Below are positions 55,618 to 63,676 of a DNA stretch of 64,000 bases, in pieces. Where the stretch lies: assembly GCA_965248065.1 (NCBI GenBank), contig OZ252088.1:1740773-1804772 (forward strand). Reading direction: 5' to 3'. Source of the stretch: Dehalococcoidia bacterium. Its GTDB lineage: Bacteria > Chloroflexota > Dehalococcoidia > Lucifugimonadales > Australimonadaceae. Under the pieces are notes generated by a model. That model saw nothing but the letters and a program-made list of their open reading frames with translations, was not told where the DNA came from and searched no databases. A program made the translations under genes and the position numbers. Numbering within the stretch: the first letter of the stretch is position 1; each line of letters starts with the position of its first letter.

Positions 55618-55939
55618 GGCAGAACCTCGGTGAAAGATTAGGCAATCTATATCCAGGTGTAGCCCATGCGGGCCGGGGGCCGCCGCCTCCCGCGTCCTTC
55701 GCCCCCGGTCATAGGCATAATCGCCCGTCCGCGCCGGGACTCTGTGGGGTAGAGGCTCGGGTTGGATGCCGCATGGGACTCTAAAGACCGCCCCCGCGCC
55801 CTGTCAATGTCGTGCAAGGGGAAGGCTATAGCCCTTAGAATACGGAGTGCATCGTTGCTATGGCGGAAGCCGCAATGGATAGCGTAAGCCATCGCGCTAG
55901 TCTGGCGCGATGCCGTAAGGTTTCCGTCCGGGGCGCCAT

Positions 55940-56338
55940 ATGACGCGAGTTTTGGGACTGGACCACATCGTTCTCAAGTCGCCTGATGTCGAGCGCTCGC
56001 TCGCTTTCTATCAGGGTGTGCTCGGACTCGATGGCGACCGGGTCGAGGAGTGGCGCAGAGGAGAAGTGCGCTTCCCCTCGGTCCGCCTGACCACGCAGAC
56101 GATTATCGACATCTTCCCATCGGACGCGCCGACGGCGGACCCTGGGGGTCAGCAGCTCGATCACTACTGCCTGGTCCTGGAGCCCGGCTCGCTGGACGAG
56201 ACCCTTGCCAAGGCCGAGTCGTTCGGCCTATCCCCGGGCCCGAAGCAGTCGCGTTGGGGCGCGCAGGGCAGGGGAGAGTCGTCGTACCTCGTAGGCCCCG
56301 AGGGGGTAACCATCGAGCTCCGGCACTACCCGGCCTAG
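55940..56338 (+). CDS. VOC/glyoxalase family protein
   Basis: LDHIVLKSPDVERSLAFYQGVLGL..DHYCL motifs are present. Confidence 0.8.
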   Translation: MTRVLGLDHIVLKSPDVERSLAFYQGVLGLDGDRVEEWRRGEVRFPSVRLTTQTIIDIFPSDAPTADPGGQQLDHYCLVLEPGSLDETLAKAESFGLSPGPKQSRWGAQGRGESSYLVGPEGVTIELRHYPA

Positions 56339-56346
56339 AGGGGCGA

Positions 56347-56373
56347 GGTTCCCGCCTGCGCGGGAATGACGGG
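56347..56373 (+). repeat. M1 hairpin repeat
   Basis: GGTTCCCGCCTGCGCGGGAATGACGGG lies between convergent genes. Confidence 0.85.
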
Positions 56374-56383
56374 ATTGGGGGGG

Positions 56384-58111
56384 CTACGGGTAGGAGACGA
56401 GCCCCTCGATGACGTGGATCGGCTCCCGGTGGTGGACGACGCGCGGGTCCTCGACCGTCTCGGCGAGCGATGCGCCCGGAGGGACCATCGGGTACACGTT
56501 CTCCTCGGGCGAGACGTGGAAGTCGATCAGGTATGGGCCCGGGTGCTGGGCGGCCGTCGCGAGCGCCATGCCCACGTCGTGCTTGTCCGTCACCTTGCTC
56601 GCGGCGATCCCGTAGGCCTCCGCGAGCTTCACGTAGTCCGGGCTGCTCATGGCCACCGACTTGTAGTGGTGGTCGTAGAAGAGCTCCTGCCACTGGCGCA
56701 CCATGCCCAGATAGCCGTTGTTCATGATGCAGAGCTTCACCGGCAGATGTTCCTGCGAGATGGTCGCCAGCTCTTGGAGCGTCATCTGGAAGCCGCCGTC
56801 GCCGCAGATGCCCCATACCGTGGAGCCCGGCCGCGCGATCTGTGCGCCGATGACGGCGGGCGTCTCGAATCCCATCACTCCCAGCCCGCCCGACGATACG
56901 AACGAGTTGACGGTCGGCATGAACATGAACTGAGCGGCCCACATCTGGTGCTGGCCCACGCCGGTCACGACCACCGGGTTGTCGCTGTGCTCGACGATCT
57001 TGTTCAGCTCGCGCAGCACGTATTGGGGCGTGACGACATCGACATCCGGGATGTCGATGCTGGGGTGGCCGTGCTCGAGGTTCCGCAGGCGGTCGAACCA
57101 TATGCTGCGGGCGTCGCGCTGCACCAAGGGGAGGAGCGCGTCCAGCGTCAGCTTCACGTCGCCGGTCAGGCCGACGGCGGCGCGCACGTTCTTGTCGATC
57201 TGCGATTGCTCGATGTCGAGGTGAATGATGTCGGCGTTGGGCCCGAAAGTGCCCGGCTTGCCGATCACCCGGTCGTCGAACCGCATGCCGATGCCGAAGA
57301 TGAGGTCCGCCTCGGTCGTCGCGATGTTGCTCCAGTACATACCGTGCATGCCCAGCATCCCGTAGCCGAGCTCGTGGTGGCGCGGGAACGCGGACGTGCC
57401 GTGCAGCGTATTGAGCACGGGGGCGTTCACCTTCTCGGCGAATGCCTGCAGCTCGTCCCACGCGGACGAGACGTGGACTCCGCGCCCCGCTATCAGCAGG
57501 GGACGCTCGGACTCGTTGATGAGGCGGGCCGCCTCGCGGATGAGCTCCTCGCCGGCGGGTCGGCGGGGCTTGGCCGCGTAGCCGCTCGCGGGGTATTCGA
57601 AATCGAAGGCCTCTGCTTGCACGTCCTTGGGCAAGTCGATGAGCACGGGGCCCGGCCGGCCCTCCTGAGCGACTTGAAAGGCCTCCTGGATGATTGGGCC
57701 GATGTCCTCCGGCTTCATCACCAAGAACGCCTTCTTCACCGCCGGCGTGGCCATGCCGACCGTGTCGCACTCCTGAAAGGCCTCGGTGCCCATAAAGGGA
57801 CGCGCGACTTGCCCGGTGATGGCGACGATGGGCGTCGAGTCCATCTTCGCGGCGGTCAAGCCTGTCAGCAGGTTCGTCGCTCCCGGCCCGGACGTCGCGA
57901 CGCAGACGCCGACGCGCCCCGTCAGCCGCGCGTAGGCCTCGGCCGCATGGGCTGCCGCCTGCTCGTGCCGCACCAAGACGTGCCGCAGCTGCGGATAGTG
58001 CCAGAGCGCGTCGTAGAAGGGCAGGATCGCCCCGCCGGGGTGGCCGAAAATAACCGCGACGCCTTCCCTGAGGAGGGATTCGCAAACCGCGCTGGCGCCG
58101 ATCGTACGCAT
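56384..58111 (-). CDS. ilvB: Acetolactate synthase large subunit (ThDP-dependent)
   Basis: FGHPGGAILPFYDAL..HEQAAAHAAEAYAR..ATSGPGATNL, and GLGVMGF..GDGGFQM ThDP motifs are present. Confidence 0.9.
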   Translation of the reverse strand: MRTIGASAVCESLLREGVAVIFGHPGGAILPFYDALWHYPQLRHVLVRHEQAAAHAAEAYARLTGRVGVCVATSGPGATNLLTGLTAAKMDSTPIVAITGQVARPFMGTEAFQECDTVGMATPAVKKAFLVMKPEDIGPIIQEAFQVAQEGRPGPVLIDLPKDVQAEAFDFEYPASGYAAKPRRPAGEELIREAARLINESERPLLIAGRGVHVSSAWDELQAFAEKVNAPVLNTLHGTSAFPRHHELGYGMLGMHGMYWSNIATTEADLIFGIGMRFDDRVIGKPGTFGPNADIIHLDIEQSQIDKNVRAAVGLTGDVKLTLDALLPLVQRDARSIWFDRLRNLEHGHPSIDIPDVDVVTPQYVLRELNKIVEHSDNPVVVTGVGQHQMWAAQFMFMPTVNSFVSSGGLGVMGFETPAVIGAQIARPGSTVWGICGDGGFQMTLQELATISQEHLPVKLCIMNNGYLGMVRQWQELFYDHHYKSVAMSSPDYVKLAEAYGIAASKVTDKHDVGMALATAAQHPGPYLIDFHVSPEENVYPMVPPGASLAETVEDPRVVHHREPIHVIEGLVSYP

Positions 58112-58148
58112 GATTGTTGTCCTATCGTGGCCGGTGTCCGGTGGTTAG

Positions 58149-58212
58149 CAAAAACAAGCCCCTCCATTCGAGGAACGGGCTGCGGGGTTTGGCCGGGCCT
58201 GACGAGCCCGTT
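58149..58212 (-). promoter_or_regulatory. Attenuator-like alternative hairpins in the ilvB leader
   Basis: On the minus-strand RNA, GCCCGUUCC..GGAGGGGC is followed by UUGUUUUUG, which is terminator-like. Its 5' arm can instead pair with an upstream AACGGGCU. Confidence 0.4.
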
Positions 58213-58233
58213 TAGCAGGTCACGGCCTACTTA

Positions 58234-58263
58234 ATCGTACCCATCGCGCGCGAGTAGTGTCAA
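58234..58263 (-). promoter_or_regulatory. Sigma-70-like promoter for ilvB (TTGACA-18-TACGAT)
   Basis: The hexamers are read on the minus strand and lie ~125 nt upstream of the ATG. Confidence 0.45.
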
Positions 58264-58337
58264 CGCGGCTGATATGTATCGAAGAGGCGGTTGCGCGACG
58301 GAACGGAATATGTGCGGGTTGTAGGACCATTATGGCC

Positions 58338-58400
58338 GGGACGCCATTATATACGTGCGGAATACGCGATATACGTGCGGAGTACGTGCATATATTCGGC
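58338..58400. promoter_or_regulatory. Three 21-bp tandem repeats (ATATACGTGCGGARTACG core), operator-like
   Basis: Units lie at 58338, 58359 and 58380, with a degenerate fourth at ~58297. The stretch is AT-rich and sits just upstream of the cupredoxin gene. Confidence 0.55.
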
Positions 58401-58452
58401 GAATCATGGTAATATTGTAGTGCGAGGTGGGTGGACAGCCGGGAGGTGCGTC

Positions 58453-58971
58453 ATGAAGACGAGGCTGTTCCTGATACTGGGAACGTTGGTTGGCTGCGCC
58501 GGGAGCGTCGTTGCGTGCGGCGAGGAGGCGCCGCCGCCCTCCACGGTCGCAATCGAGCTGGACGAATACACCGTCTCGGCAACGTCCTACAAGGCGGCTG
58601 CCGGTCATGTGACGTTCAACGTCCGAAACGTCGGCAGCCTCGAGCACGAGCTCATGGTGCTGCGGACGGATATGCCGGCGGACCGACTGCTCTATGCGGA
58701 TGGCGCGGTGGTCCTCGAAAGGGCGGGCCGCTTGGCTGGCCAGGTTACGCCTGACGTGCACGGCGGCGAAACCGGCGATATGCCCGGAGACGAATCCATG
58801 CGTGGAGAAGAGACCGGCGGCATGGAGGACATGGAGCACGGAGGCCACTTCATCGGGCCGGATGGGACCGGACAAGGGGTCTTCGACCTCGAGCCCGGCT
58901 CCTACGTGCTGATCTGCAACATTCCGACACACTACCGCTTGGGCATGTACGCCGAGCTGGAAGTTTCCTGA
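58453..58971 (+). CDS. Cupredoxin-domain lipoprotein (type-1 copper site candidate)
   Basis: Lipobox LVGCAG. Candidate ligands are H in LEHELMV and C-x4-H-x4-M in LICNIPTHYRLGM. An internal Met/His/Asp/Glu-rich loop is present. Confidence 0.75.
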   Translation: MKTRLFLILGTLVGCAGSVVACGEEAPPPSTVAIELDEYTVSATSYKAAAGHVTFNVRNVGSLEHELMVLRTDMPADRLLYADGAVVLERAGRLAGQVTPDVHGGETGDMPGDESMRGEETGGMEDMEHGGHFIGPDGTGQGVFDLEPGSYVLICNIPTHYRLGMYAELEVS

Positions 58972-59114
58972 AGCCTGTCTTGGCCGGGCGGGCGAGGCGC
59001 AGCGTTCGTCCGGCCAAGCTCTATCCCCTGTCCCAATGGCGGCTGTCTCTACCTCGCAGGGGCGGCGCGGGAAACAGGCCCCGGTAGAGCAGGGCGCTGG
59101 TACACTCGCTCCCC

Positions 59115-60401
59115 ATGAGCTACGCCGCCGACCTGCACCTCCATTCCCGGTACGCCGGCGGGACCAGCCCCAACCTGTCGTTGGAAGCGATGGCGTGGTG
59201 GGCGGGCGTCAAAGGCGTCCGGCTCCTGGCGTGCGGCGACTTCACCCACCCTGAATGGCTCTGCGAGCTGAAAGACAAGCTCCGACCTGCCGCGGACGGC
59301 CTGTTCGACCTCACGCCGGAAGCCGTCCGCCCGTCGCCGGTCCGCCCGCCGGCCGATGGCGCCGCCGCGACTCCCCGGTTCGTCCTCGGCACGGAGGTCA
59401 GCTGCGTCTACCCGCAGGACGGCCGCGGCCGGCGGCTGCACCTGCTCGTGCTCGCCCCCGGCTTCGATGTCGTCGATGGCCTGTGCGCCGCCTTCTCGCC
59501 GCACGGCGCCCTCGCCTCCGATGGACGGCCAATGCTCAGCCTCTCGGGTCGCGATGTCGTCGAGGCCGCGCTATCCGTCAACCCGCGCTGCGAGGTGATC
59601 GCGGCCCACGCGTGGACGCCCTGGTACTCGGTCTACGGGTCCAGGGGCGGTTTCGACTCGCTCCAAGAGTGCTTCCGCGACATGACCCCGCATATTCACG
59701 CCATCGAGACCGGCTTATCGAGCGACCCGTCGATGAACTGGCGCGTGCCGGAGCTGGACGGACGGACCATCGTATCCTTCTCCGACGCTCACTCGGCCCC
59801 GAGGATGGCCCGCGAGCTGACGGTGTTTCCCGGCGAGCCGAGCTACGACGGCCTGCTCGAATCCCTGCGAGGCGGCAGGGTCGAGTGGACGGCCGAGTTC
59901 TACCCCCAAGAGGGCAAGTACCACTACGACGGCCACCGCAAGTGCGCCGTCTGTCAGCATCCCGCCGTGACTCTGGAGCGCGGCGATAGATGTCCCATTT
60001 GCAGCCGCAAGCTGACCCTCGGCGTCCTTCACCGCATGGAGGCGCTATCCAGGCGGCCCGCCCCGGAGCTCCCGCGAGCGGACGACGGCCTGCTCCGCGA
60101 CCCGGACGGCGCGCGTCCGCCCTTCAGACGGCTGCTCCCCTTGGAAGAGGTCATCGCCGAGGCCTTGGGCCGCCGCGTCGCTGCGAAGGCCGTGCGCGCC
60201 GCCTACCTCAGCCTCATCGAGAACGTCGGCACGGAGCTCGACGTGCTGATTGCAGCGACGCCCGCCGCCATCGAGTCCGTCGCGGGCGAGCGCATAGCCG
60301 AGGGAGTGCTGCGCGCCCGCCTTGGCCAGGTCGAGGTGCGCCCCGGGTTCGACGGCGAATACGGGAAGGTGCGCCTTTGGCCCCTTAGCTCGTCTGTGTG
60401 A
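59115..60401 (+). CDS. Endonuclease Q (EndoQ) family protein
   Basis: PHP-like ADLHLHSRY, AHAWTPW, GLSSD, FSDAHS and a Zn-finger C..C...CPIC are present. The protein is collinear with archaeal EndoQ. Confidence 0.8.
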   Translation: MSYAADLHLHSRYAGGTSPNLSLEAMAWWAGVKGVRLLACGDFTHPEWLCELKDKLRPAADGLFDLTPEAVRPSPVRPPADGAAATPRFVLGTEVSCVYPQDGRGRRLHLLVLAPGFDVVDGLCAAFSPHGALASDGRPMLSLSGRDVVEAALSVNPRCEVIAAHAWTPWYSVYGSRGGFDSLQECFRDMTPHIHAIETGLSSDPSMNWRVPELDGRTIVSFSDAHSAPRMARELTVFPGEPSYDGLLESLRGGRVEWTAEFYPQEGKYHYDGHRKCAVCQHPAVTLERGDRCPICSRKLTLGVLHRMEALSRRPAPELPRADDGLLRDPDGARPPFRRLLPLEEVIAEALGRRVAAKAVRAAYLSLIENVGTELDVLIAATPAAIESVAGERIAEGVLRARLGQVEVRPGFDGEYGKVRLWPLSSSV

Positions 60402-60433
60402 GAGGGCAGGGAAGGAGGGGAGGGGGCCGCACT

Positions 60434-60480
60434 GCGACATCTGCCCCTTTCCCCAACGTCCTTCCCCGCCTACCATGTCC
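60434..60480 (+). repeat. C-rich box M3
   Basis: The sequence is GCGACATCTGCCCCTTTCCCCAACGTCCTTCCCCGCCTACCATGTCC. Confidence 0.8.
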
Positions 60481-60524
60481 CCCTCGCAGCCCATGCCCGA
60501 TTCCGCGCCGGGCCGCCGTCCCAA

Positions 60525-60627
60525 CTTACGAGTAAATGGCGCTAAATGGCACCAAATGGCACACTTTTCAAGCCTCTCCACTCGTAGACTCGTGCGATGT
60601 GCGAGTGGCTGCTTGCGCCATTTTCGG
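60525..60627 (+). repeat. Structured element M4, copy C (word AAATGGCRC x3); candidate ncRNA
   Basis: CTTACGAGTAAA, then three AAATGGCRC words at 10-nt spacing, then CTTTTCA. Hairpin 60578-60586/60600-60608 contains a T-G pair. GCGCCATTT (60615-60623) is the exact complement of word 1 (60534-60542). Confidence 0.6.
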
Positions 60628-60735
60628 CCCGTTCCGGCCCTTTACGAGCGACAATCGCGTCGGACGGAGCATAAAGCGGGGCCGCAGGAGACGCCGCTTC
60701 GTAGAAATCAGCACTTTGACGTAAGCAGAGGTTGT

Positions 60736-60975
60736 ATGGACGAGATAATCACCATGGAAGACATGGCAAAGGTCTACGAAGTCACCGACGAGCTCGGCAT
60801 CGACCGGGAGGCCATCAACGTGGAGCTGGGCAAGGAAGACCCGGGCGCATGGGGCAGGGGAGACGGCGGAATGATGAAGCGGGACGTGATCGAAATCACG
60901 CTTCCCCTCACCACCCCGCTGGAGGACTGGCTGCCCGTATTGAAGTCCGGTCTGGCCCAGCTGGCGAAGGAGTGA
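60736..60975 (+). CDS. Small hypothetical protein (79 aa)
   Basis: The third-position GC bias looks coding and AGAGG precedes the ATG. The stop lies 4 nt before the next gene. No family recognised. Confidence 0.45.
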   Translation: MDEIITMEDMAKVYEVTDELGIDREAINVELGKEDPGAWGRGDGGMMKRDVIEITLPLTTPLEDWLPVLKSGLAQLAKE

Positions 60976-60979
60976 TGCG

Positions 60980-61831
60980 ATGAGAACGACGACGCGGCTC
61001 CGCGAGCTGCTGACGGCCGACCGGATGCTGCTTGCGCCCTTCACCTACGACGGCTTCACCGCCAAGGTTGCCCAGGAGGCAGGGTTCGACGCCGTGTACA
61101 TGTCCGGCTTTGGCACATCCATGTCAAAGGGCCTGCCGGACGTGGGCTTGCTCACCCAGACCGAGATGGTCCAGAACGCCGCCTATATCGCCGCTGCCGT
61201 CGACGTTCCCGTCATCGCCGACGCCGACACCGGCTACGGCAACGCGATCAATGTCCGCCGCACCATCCGCGAGTACGAGCGGGCAGGCGTCGCGGGCGTC
61301 CACGTCGAGGACCAGGTTGCTCCCAAGAAGTGCGGCTTCTTCGACGGCAAGGATGTCATTCCCCTCGACGAGGCCGCCGCCAAGGTCCGCGCCGCCGTCG
61401 AAGCGCGGGACGACGGCGATTTCGTCGTCATCGCTCGCACGGACGCCCTCGTCGTCAACGGCTGGGACGACGTAGCCAATCGCTGCAGGGCGTTCGTCGA
61501 GGCAGGGGCCGATCTCGTATTCGTCGACGGCATTCGCACCGCCGCCGACCTTCGGGAGTTCGCGGAGCGGCTTGGCGATCTCCCGCGCATGTACAACGGC
61601 GAGATTGTCCCCGCGGAGGTCGAGGAGCTCGGCTTCAAGCTGCAGATTCACCGCGGCCCCGTCTTCTCGCTCTACCCCATCGTGAAAGAGATGATGGTCG
61701 AGCTGCGCGAAAGCGGCCGCATCTCGGCGCTGGACCGCTACGGCTCCGGCGGCGAGCTGCGCATGTCCATAGCCAACGCCCTCGGCCTTGGCGAGATTAC
61801 CGAGCTCGAACGGCGCTACGCCGCCGGGTAG
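60980..61831 (+). CDS. Isocitrate lyase / PEP mutase superfamily enzyme
   Basis: MSGFG..ADADTGYGN..GVHVEDQ..PKKCG..ARTDA motifs are present. Confidence 0.85.
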   Translation: MRTTTRLRELLTADRMLLAPFTYDGFTAKVAQEAGFDAVYMSGFGTSMSKGLPDVGLLTQTEMVQNAAYIAAAVDVPVIADADTGYGNAINVRRTIREYERAGVAGVHVEDQVAPKKCGFFDGKDVIPLDEAAAKVRAAVEARDDGDFVVIARTDALVVNGWDDVANRCRAFVEAGADLVFVDGIRTAADLREFAERLGDLPRMYNGEIVPAEVEELGFKLQIHRGPVFSLYPIVKEMMVELRESGRISALDRYGSGGELRMSIANALGLGEITELERRYAAG

Positions 61832-61841
61832 GAGGCTTCCC

Positions 61842-62243
61842 TTGAGCGACATCACCCTCGAAGACGCGAACAAGGTCATCGCCGCAGCAATCGCCAAGTC
61901 GACGGAGCTCGGCTTCAACATGGCGGTTGCCGTCGTCGATTTGCAGACGAGCCTCGTGGCCTCCGCCCGCATGGACGGCACGAACCCCTTCACCCCCGAC
62001 GTAGTGCGGGGCAAGGCCGTGGCCACCGCCGTTACCAAGGGCACGCCCAGCGGCGCCGCAGCGGCGCGCTTCCCGCAGGCGCTCCTCGACACCGTGCGCG
62101 ACCTCTACGGCGGGCGGATAACCTGGGTGCAGGGCGCGGTGCCCCTCTACAAGGACGGCCGCTTGGTTGGCGCCGTCGGCGCAGGCGGCGGCCCGCCGGA
62201 CAAGGACGAAGAGGTCGCTCAAGCAGGCGCCGACGCTCTCTAG
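61842..62243 (+). CDS. GlcG/HbpS-like (DUF336) heme-binding family protein
   Basis: AVAVVD..G..........A.. and GGAVPLYKDGRLVGAVGAGG motifs are present. TTG start follows GGAGG. Confidence 0.75.
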   Translation: MSDITLEDANKVIAAAIAKSTELGFNMAVAVVDLQTSLVASARMDGTNPFTPDVVRGKAVATAVTKGTPSGAAAARFPQALLDTVRDLYGGRITWVQGAVPLYKDGRLVGAVGAGGGPPDKDEEVAQAGADAL

Positions 62244-62436
62244 GCGGTCGGGCAGCCTGGTTGCCGGACGCAGCGCCAAGCGTTTCAGCCGCCCTGCTCT
62301 GCGTATCCGTAGATTTCTCCGAGTAGCCTTGACAGTGAGGCTCCGTGGATGCGACGGTTCCCGGACTGGCAGCATGGACCGTCCGTGGGGCCCGTGCTGC
62401 CGAGTGGCGTTCGGCTGGGCAAGGAGAGGGGCCACG

Positions 62437-63630
62437 ATGTTGACGTCCGAACAGAACGATTTGCTTACTCGGGTTGGCCCTGGGACGCAAGCCGGAGAGC
62501 TGCTCCGGCGATACTGGCACCCGATCGCGCTTGCTCGAGACCTGAGCGAGCAGCAGCCGACGAAGTTCGTTCGCGTGCTTGGCGAAGACTTGGTCCTGTT
62601 TCGAGATAAGTCCGGTAGGACGGGTCTGATAGCGGACAAGTGCGCGCACCGTAACGCATCGTTGGTGTACGGACGGGTGGAAGAACGCGGCATCTCCTGC
62701 GCGTACCACGGTTGGTTGTATGACTGCGAGGGGAACGTCATCGAGACGCCGCCTGAGCGCAACGACTCCATCATCAGAAACGTCAAAACGAAGGCGTACC
62801 CCACCCAGGTCCACCTGAACCTCATCTGGACGTACATGGGTCCGCACCCCGTCCCGCCGATGACCCGCTTCGACACGCTGTTCAGGGGGGGCGTGCACCG
62901 AAAGATCGTGTTGCATCCCCAGCTCGACTGCAATTGGTTCCAGGCGATGGAGAACTCAGTCGATCCGGCGCACCTCCAAGTGCTGCACCAGGAGTTCGCA
63001 GGCCGCGGCGGGCGCAAGCCTGCCAGCACGACCCGCGGTTTCACCGATGACGTTGAGATGTTCGATTTCTACCTGACCGAGTACGGCGTCATGAAGAAGC
63101 GCACGTATAAGAACGGGATGGTGGACGAGCATCCGCTCATCTTCCCCAACATACTGCGGCAGGGGTCGAGCACCCAGTTCCGAGTTCCGATAGACGACAC
63201 GCACACCTATCACATTCATGTGGTGTGCCAGCATGCGAACGAGGGCGACGATTTGTCGGACGCCTTCGATCCGCCGATTGAGATTAAGGAACCGTACAAG
63301 CATCCCGCCGCCGCTTTGCATCCGGTGGCGAAGTTCACGATGCATCACGTCATCCCTCAAGACCACATGGCGTGGGAGACCCAAGGGCCAATCGCGGACC
63401 GCACTATCGAACACCTGAGCTATTCGGACCGGGGCATAGCCTTACTCCGGAAGCTGGTGTTCGATCAGCTGGCGGCACTGGAGCGCGGCGAGGACCCGAT
63501 GGCCGTTCAACGCGACCCCGACCACCCGGTCATCGACACGAACCTCGACGACGGAATCATGCAGCAGCGGCGGGCCCGGGCCCCGGAGGTTAGGGACGGC
63601 ATCGTGGAGAGGGCTGCTGCTCAGAGGTAA
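62437..63630 (+). CDS. Rieske [2Fe-2S] aromatic-ring-hydroxylating oxygenase alpha subunit
   Basis: Rieske CAHR..x17..CAYHGW is present, as are mononuclear-iron N..E..VD.AH....H motifs. Confidence 0.85.
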   Translation: MLTSEQNDLLTRVGPGTQAGELLRRYWHPIALARDLSEQQPTKFVRVLGEDLVLFRDKSGRTGLIADKCAHRNASLVYGRVEERGISCAYHGWLYDCEGNVIETPPERNDSIIRNVKTKAYPTQVHLNLIWTYMGPHPVPPMTRFDTLFRGGVHRKIVLHPQLDCNWFQAMENSVDPAHLQVLHQEFAGRGGRKPASTTRGFTDDVEMFDFYLTEYGVMKKRTYKNGMVDEHPLIFPNILRQGSSTQFRVPIDDTHTYHIHVVCQHANEGDDLSDAFDPPIEIKEPYKHPAAALHPVAKFTMHHVIPQDHMAWETQGPIADRTIEHLSYSDRGIALLRKLVFDQLAALERGEDPMAVQRDPDHPVIDTNLDDGIMQQRRARAPEVRDGIVERAAAQR

Positions 63631-63676
63631 GGATAGTCAAGGCTAGACTGTCATCCATCACAGGGAGGACTTGGAT

